DNA from: Piromyces finnis finn
Taxonomy: Eukaryota > Fungi > Neocallimastigomycota
Direction of reading: 5' to 3'
NCBI GenBank assembly: GCA_002104945.1
Contig: MCFH01000015.1
Location: 558,001-622,000, forward strand
DNA: 64,000 nucleotides
Shown here piece by piece: positions 57,701-64,000 of the stretch. Each line of letters begins with the position of its first letter. Position 1 is the first letter of the stretch. The notes below the pieces were generated by a model. The model did not search any database, was not told the DNA's origin, and saw only the letters and a program-made list of their open reading frames with translations. Position numbers and translations under genes: made by a program.

Positions 57701-58354
57701 ATGGAAGACACAACAAAAATTTCTAAACCGCCGGTAAAGCAAACCTTCCTTTGGGTAGAAGACAATTCCAAGAAAAAAGAATTATTTAGGTTACTTATGG
57801 ATTCTCGATATTTTCAACCGTTAATCATTATATTTGTAGAGTCGAGATTAGGAGCAGAATTACTGACGCAAGCAATTCAAAAGAAAACAGGGTTAAATGT
57901 TGCGTGTGTTCATGGTCAAAAGAGTGTAGAAGAACGTCAACGTCTTTTAAATGAATTTAGGCTAGGCGGGACCACTCCAATTATTGTATCCACTACTGGT
58001 ATTTTAGGTCGAGGGGTTCAATTGGAGGATGTTCGAATGGTGATCCAATTTGATTGTGCCGCCACTGTAGAAGATTATCTTCATCAAGTTGGACGATGTG
58101 CTCTTTCGGTAAGTCGTTCGCATACCGCCACTGCTTTGAACCGAAAAGCCGCTGCTCTTTATTTTCCTAAAGGGAATAAACATTTTCGTACTGGACATGC
58201 ATGGTTAGGCGGGTCTGGCGGATGGGCAATTACTTTTATTAATAAAAGTAATCAAATTCTCCTCACAAAACTTTATCATCAATACCTGAAGCATTTAACG
58301 CGTACAGAATTAACACAACTTCCTCAACAATATTTACAATTAATTAAAAAGTAG
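54795..58354 (+). CDS. DDX59: DDX59-like DEAD-box RNA helicase with zf-HIT domain (2 exons: 54795-55848, 56202-58354)
   Basis: zf-HIT [78 protein letters not shown], HQVGR. Confidence 0.85.
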
Positions 58355-59407
58355 GAAGATTGGACAGAAATATTTTTTTAAAAAAAAGAAATATAAACGA
58401 TATACATAGATATACTACATTTAACTATATATGAAATTAAAAAAAAAAAAAAAAAGAATACATATTTTTTATCAATTATTTATTTATTAGTAAAAAAAAA
58501 AAAAAAGATTTTCATTTATTTATTTAATTTCTCTTTATAAAAATATACCCCCAACAATTCAAAAAAAAAAAAAAAGATTAAAATAAAATTTCAAGAAAAC
58601 TATCGTAATTTTTTTTTTAATTTATAAGAATATTATAATTAATAGAGATATACACTATTAATTTATTTTTATTCTTTTTTATTTTATTTATTCTTTTGTT
58701 TTGTTATTAAAGTAAATGTGACAAAGGATAGAATAAATAACTAAAAAGGTTATTCTATATTACATCTTAAAATTCTATAGTATACAAACATACAAAAAAA
58801 AAAAATATATATATATTTTTATGTTTTTTTTTAACACTTTAAAAAGGATGTAATTTTTTTTTTTTTTTTTTATTTTTTATTTATAATTTTTTTTTTTTTG
58901 TTTGTTTTGTTTGTAATTATTACTAATTGTGCTATACTATTAAATTTACTTATTATAGTAAAAATATATATATATAAAATAAAAAAAAAAAAAAAAAAAT
59001 TATAACATCTAATGATAATAAAAAAAAAAAAAATAATTAAAACTATAAAAATGATGATAATATATAAAAAAAGAAAAAATTAAAAGAATCCTATTATTCT
59101 CATTCTTTATATCTTTTTTTTTTTTTTATTATTTATTTTATTTTATTTTTTTTTTCTTTTTTTCTTTCTCGTATATAAAGACTACTTTTCTAAATAAATA
59201 TTTATATTTTTTCGTATCCTTATGAAATAATTAATATTCATGATTAAAAAAAAATGAAATTAATATTCAAATAAATAATTATAATTATTCATATTATTCT
59301 TTTTTTTTTTTTTTTTTTTTTTTTGAAAATATGCAAATTTATAGGTTATACGTTGTGTGTGTATTTATTGTATTGAATTGATTTTTGTTTTGTTTTAATT
59401 TTCAAAT

Positions 59408-62400
59408 TTAAATTTGGTATCTTTCCATTAATCTTCTACGCATGATTTGTTCAACATCTGGATCACCAAGGCTGTTAAGCATAGAATCCCATTGGTTACC
59501 ATACATTTGCTTTAAACCATATAATATCTATGGATAAAAAGAAATAAAAATTATTATTTATTCAATCTTTTTAAAACTAAAAAAAAAAAAATGTTTTTTA
59601 AAAATACTTACATTTCTAACTTTTTCGTTTAATTCTGGTGAAATGTCATTGAATTGAGTGACAGAATCGCAGAAGTGAACAAAGTCCTAATTTAAGTTAA
59701 TCCATTAATAATAATAAAAATTAATATGAATTGTGGATTAAAAAAAATTCTTTTTTTTTTTTTTATTAAAAAAATTTATATTAAAAAAAAAAAAAAACTT
59801 ACATTAGAAACAGCATTTGGATTAGCTTGGATTAAATCACACATACCTAAAAAGGCAGAAATCTTTTCTTCATTATCAGCAGTGCTTCTTAAAGCAGAAC
59901 ACCTAATATATAGGATATAGAATTAAAAGTAGATTGTAAATTAATATTAAAACTTTTCAAAAAAAAAAAAAAAGAAAATCTATCTATTTGTAATGACTAA
60001 ATTGAACAAAAAAACTTACCATGGTGTAAAGAAGTGTTCCAAGTATGGAGCAACTAAATTATTACATACTAAACCTAATCTACCTAAAGTGATAGCAAGG
60101 TTTTCCTTAAGGTTAGTTGGAGAGTAATCAGCTTGAATTAATGGAATAAAGTTTTCAAGTAACTTGTTAACATATGGAGCAGTGTCAGCACCTACAATAT
60201 TTATATACAAAAATTGAAATAAATAAAAATATTATTATCATGTTTAAATAATTAATAAAATTAAACTATTTTGAGTTTAAATTATTTAATAAACTTTCTA
60301 ATGCTTTATAAATCATCCTTAATTCATAATATATTTTTAATATCCAGATAATTTTTTTAAAAAAAATAAAGTAAGAAAAAATTTTTTTCGGATACTTACC
60401 ATTCTTGATAGCAATTTCACCAGTAGACCAAACAGCATTGTTGTAGACAGATGAGCTAATAGAGAGTCTTTCTTCATTTGGAATAGTTTCGTTAACAACA
60501 TCAGTGAATATTTCATCCAAGTGTGGTTTAACATATTGGAAGGCATTAATAGCTAAATCACCTAATAAAGCGTAAGCACTTTGTTGAACATCGGCCATAG
60601 AGTCCTAAAATGAAATTAAAAAAAAAAAAAACATTAATTTTTTAAGCAAATTTTAATATTTAAATAAGTGGGATGATAAAGGGTAAAAAAAAAAAAATTT
60701 ATAATTCTTACCTTTAAACAGTAAAGTAAAATAGAAATGAAACCATCACGAGTTTGTTCAATAATTTGAGAAGAATTAGCACCTAAACCTTGAACAATAC
60801 CACTTAATAAATCTAAGGAAACAACGATAAAGTCCTTATCAACATAGTCATCAATAACACCATTGGCACTAGCTTCAGCCATATGAATGGTAGTTTCAAT
60901 TAAGGTTAAGCATCTCTTCCAGATTTGATCAGCAAATGGAAGGAAACCTTGTCCCATACCAATAGCAATGTAAGATAAACACTATATAAATGTGGAATTA
61001 TTTTAAAATATTAAAATTGTATTTATATCATTAGAGGGAGGTGATGATGATGTCTAATCCTGATAAAAATAATCTATTTCTGCTTTTTTTTTTTTTTTTA
61101 AATATTGATAATAAATTTAGACTTACTTCTAAAAGTGGGAATAAGTCACGATCATCATCGTTTAACATAGTCCATCTCTTAACTAATGGTTGCATAATTA
61201 AATTGACAAATTCTTGGGTATTAATAGCTTCACCTAAGTTTTCAGCTAAGGTACCGATAGCATTGTAAAGAATTAATAAGTTTCTACTCTATTTATATGT
61301 TGATATTTGATAAATATAATATTAAATAGCAGTGTATTGTTAGTAAACTACGGAAATGCCAATGATAATGTTTTTTTTTCGTATAAAATAATCGTTTTAT
61401 TGTATTTCTTTTTTAACATTATTTCAAAAGAAAAAAAAAAAAAAACCCTACTTGGTAGACATTGAAAGCTTGTCCTAACTTTTCAATAATTGGGTTCATG
61501 AATTGAACTAAATCACCATTAGATTCTTCAATTAAAGTAATTAAAGCACTAATATTGATATTATAATATATATATTATATAATATATATGAATTTAGAAG
61601 TGAATTAAAATTCAATTTTATAAAATAAATTTTCTTTTTCGTCGAAAACCTTTTATAGATATTCTTTAATTTTTTTTATATAAATTTACCTGCAACTAGC
61701 TTCTTGAACTCTCTTACTACTATCTAAAAGAGTGGTAAGAATCTAAAAAGAAAAAAAAAGATGCCGATTATTGTATCAATTAGAAAGGTCTTATGAAACA
61801 AAACTTTATAAAAGGGATTACTTACACCTTCGACAATTGGAATAAAGAAGATCTTATTACCACCTTCTTCATAGTTCATACCCCAGTTACAGTATCTACT
61901 TAAAGTCCAGCAAGTAATAGATCTAACTAATGGTTTTGGATTACTCAAGTTTTGAACTAAGAATTTCATCATTTCTGGGAGGTATGGTTCCATACGGTCA
62001 CCACAACCTTCAGCAATAGCACCAAGAGCTAAAATGGCACATTCATTATCCTTCCAATCTGGACTATTTAATTTTTCTTGGAGAGGTGGAAGTAAAATTT
62101 CTAATAAATTACTACTGTAAATAGTAGAGAATTCATCTAATGTGAAAGCAGCACACTTTCTAAGATTCCATTCATAGGCAAATTCATCTTCATCTTCATC
62201 TTCATCTTCTTCATCATCATCCTTTCCTTCCTTTTCTTCACCCATACCGTGAGCATTCTTTGATTTGTGATGCATTGGTTTAATATCTTGTTCAGTATCT
62301 TGGTTATTATCGTCTTGTTCAAGCATATCAATTTCTTCTTCACTGTAAATCATACTCTTTAATAAAATTTGAATAACCCTAGAATAATATCAATTTTACA

Positions 62401-63884
62401 CATGTCGAAATAAATAAATATATATATATATATAATTATACAAAATTAAAAGGATTATATTATAAAATAAAAAATGTTAGAATTACGTAATTTAAGCAAG
62501 AGAATAAAGTATGTCAATTAAAAATGATAAATAAACCAGTCTATTTATTTTATCCATAAAATAAACACTGATTATTGAATAAAATATAATTTTTTCCTCC
62601 ATTATTCTTTTTAAAATTATTTCCTTCCAAATAATAAAATAATAACAGGCAAAAAAAAAATATTTATCAAAGAAGTTAACTTACTTTGGTAAGAATGGTT
62701 CAATGTATTGACTTAATTCGTATTTTTCAGCGAAAACAAGCCAGAATTCACAAGCTTCAAGAGCAACAGATTCGTCTTCATCATTAGTACAGTATAACAT
62801 AAAATTGACAACATTTTCAATTTCTGGAATTAATTGATTTGGATAGACATCAAGGATATTAACAAGAGATTGACAAAGGTATTTACGAACTTCTTGATCG
62901 TTATCACTAGTTCTTTGATATAATCCTTGAACGTAATTGTTAATGTTGGCATTGAGAGCTTCAGAGTTTGAAGTAATGAAATGATTAATACATTTAATAG
63001 CATCTCTTCTAACCTTAGCACTTGGGCTTTCGAATAATTTAATAAGCTTTGGAATCATATAGAATAATGGTTTACTGGCATCTTCATTTAATTGACGAGT
63101 GTTATCTTCACAAATCTTTTCTAAAGCGTTAATACTAGCCTATTTTTTTTAATGATTTTATTTTTAGGTTATACCGATGATGTTAATATGGATAAAAGAA
63201 TGGAAATGGGTTAAAACAGGAAATATAAATGCAAATTTTATTGTATAGTAGTATTTGATAATAAAAATTGAATATCAATAGGTGATTATTGGGTTGTATT
63301 ATAATAAACCAATGAATATGTAAATATTTATAAAAATTGGAAATAGAATAGAAATATGGTGAGATAATAAAAAAAAATAATTTTTTTAGTTAAAAAAATG
63401 GTATCTATCTAAATTAATTTTTGTCTATCACTACTAAAACTAATATATATATATATATTTTATCATGGTAATAATAAAAATGGATTTATTTCTATTGTGG
63501 TGAGTAATATAGCTTATATAACAATAACAAAGGAATATACATACTTCAACAACATAAGCTTCTGGATGATCTAATAATTTATCAAGACCTGGTAAAACTT
63601 CTGGCCATGATTCTAAACCGTAAATATTAATGATAGTAGAAATAAGAGTACCGGAAGTTAATCTTATCATCTTATCCTTGTCGACAAGAGTTTGAATGGA
63701 AGCTTCCTTAGCACGTGATATGATTTCTGGAGTAATGTTATTGTTGGAGTTGACGATATTATTCTTAAGATATAAACCAGATTGATTACGAATGAAAAGG
63801 TTAGTTTGTGGAAGGTCAGCATTAGCGAAAATGTACATTAAATAGTTGTTAAAATCTGGAATGGCATTGAAAGATTGAAGTTGC
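59408..63884 (-). CDS. TNPO1: Transportin-1/karyopherin-beta2 (Kap104), 5' end outside the window
   Basis: PDFNNYL, acidic H8 loop KDDDEEDEDEDEDEFAYEWNLRKCAAFTLD, ILALGAIAEGC, VRSITCWTLSRY, NLLILYNAIGTL, DKDFIVVSLDLLSG, NLAITLGRLG; multiple GT-AG exons to TAA at 59408. Confidence 0.95.
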
Positions 63885-64000
63885 TATTTTTATAAAGGTA
63901 TGAAAAATGTCGAGTATTTTATATATATTTTTAAATTTATTTCAAGGAAGGTGGATAATAAATAAATAATAGATAAAAAAAAAAAGTTAGAAATATATGC

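Overview
Very AT-rich eukaryotic DNA with GT-AG introns and CBM10/dockerin-type secreted cellulases. It is most consistent with an anaerobic gut fungus (Neocallimastigomycota; inferred from composition and gene content). The window has two parts. (1) ~0-20 kb is an accessory region of intronless genes: three GH45 endoglucanases carrying an unusual N-terminal 4-Cys CBM10/dockerin-like module (GPHGAP-C-x2-C...WGWENN...C), and a fourth secreted gene with the same module but no catalytic domain, carrying PEVK-like repeats and a >300-aa Asn/Gln/Trp prion-like region. Between them lie decayed ORFs: a probable B-lectin pseudogene and a uracil-DNA-glycosylase-like ORF that lacks the catalytic residues and is frameshifted at a (TA)7 tract. 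(2) ~22-64 kb is a mostly intron-rich housekeeping block: TCD/ThiF, an unknown Ser/Asp-rich ORF, an unpaired H2B, a small 5-exon TPR gene missed by the ORF track, SEM1/DSS1, DHX16/Prp2, NOP56, FES1/HspBP1, RAD9, a small possible Rpa14/Ker1-like ORF, a DDX59-like helicase with altered motifs, and transportin-1 (5' end outside the window). All assignments come from manual translation and recalled motifs; no database searches were run. No tRNA, rRNA, CRISPR array or intact transposase was recognised.
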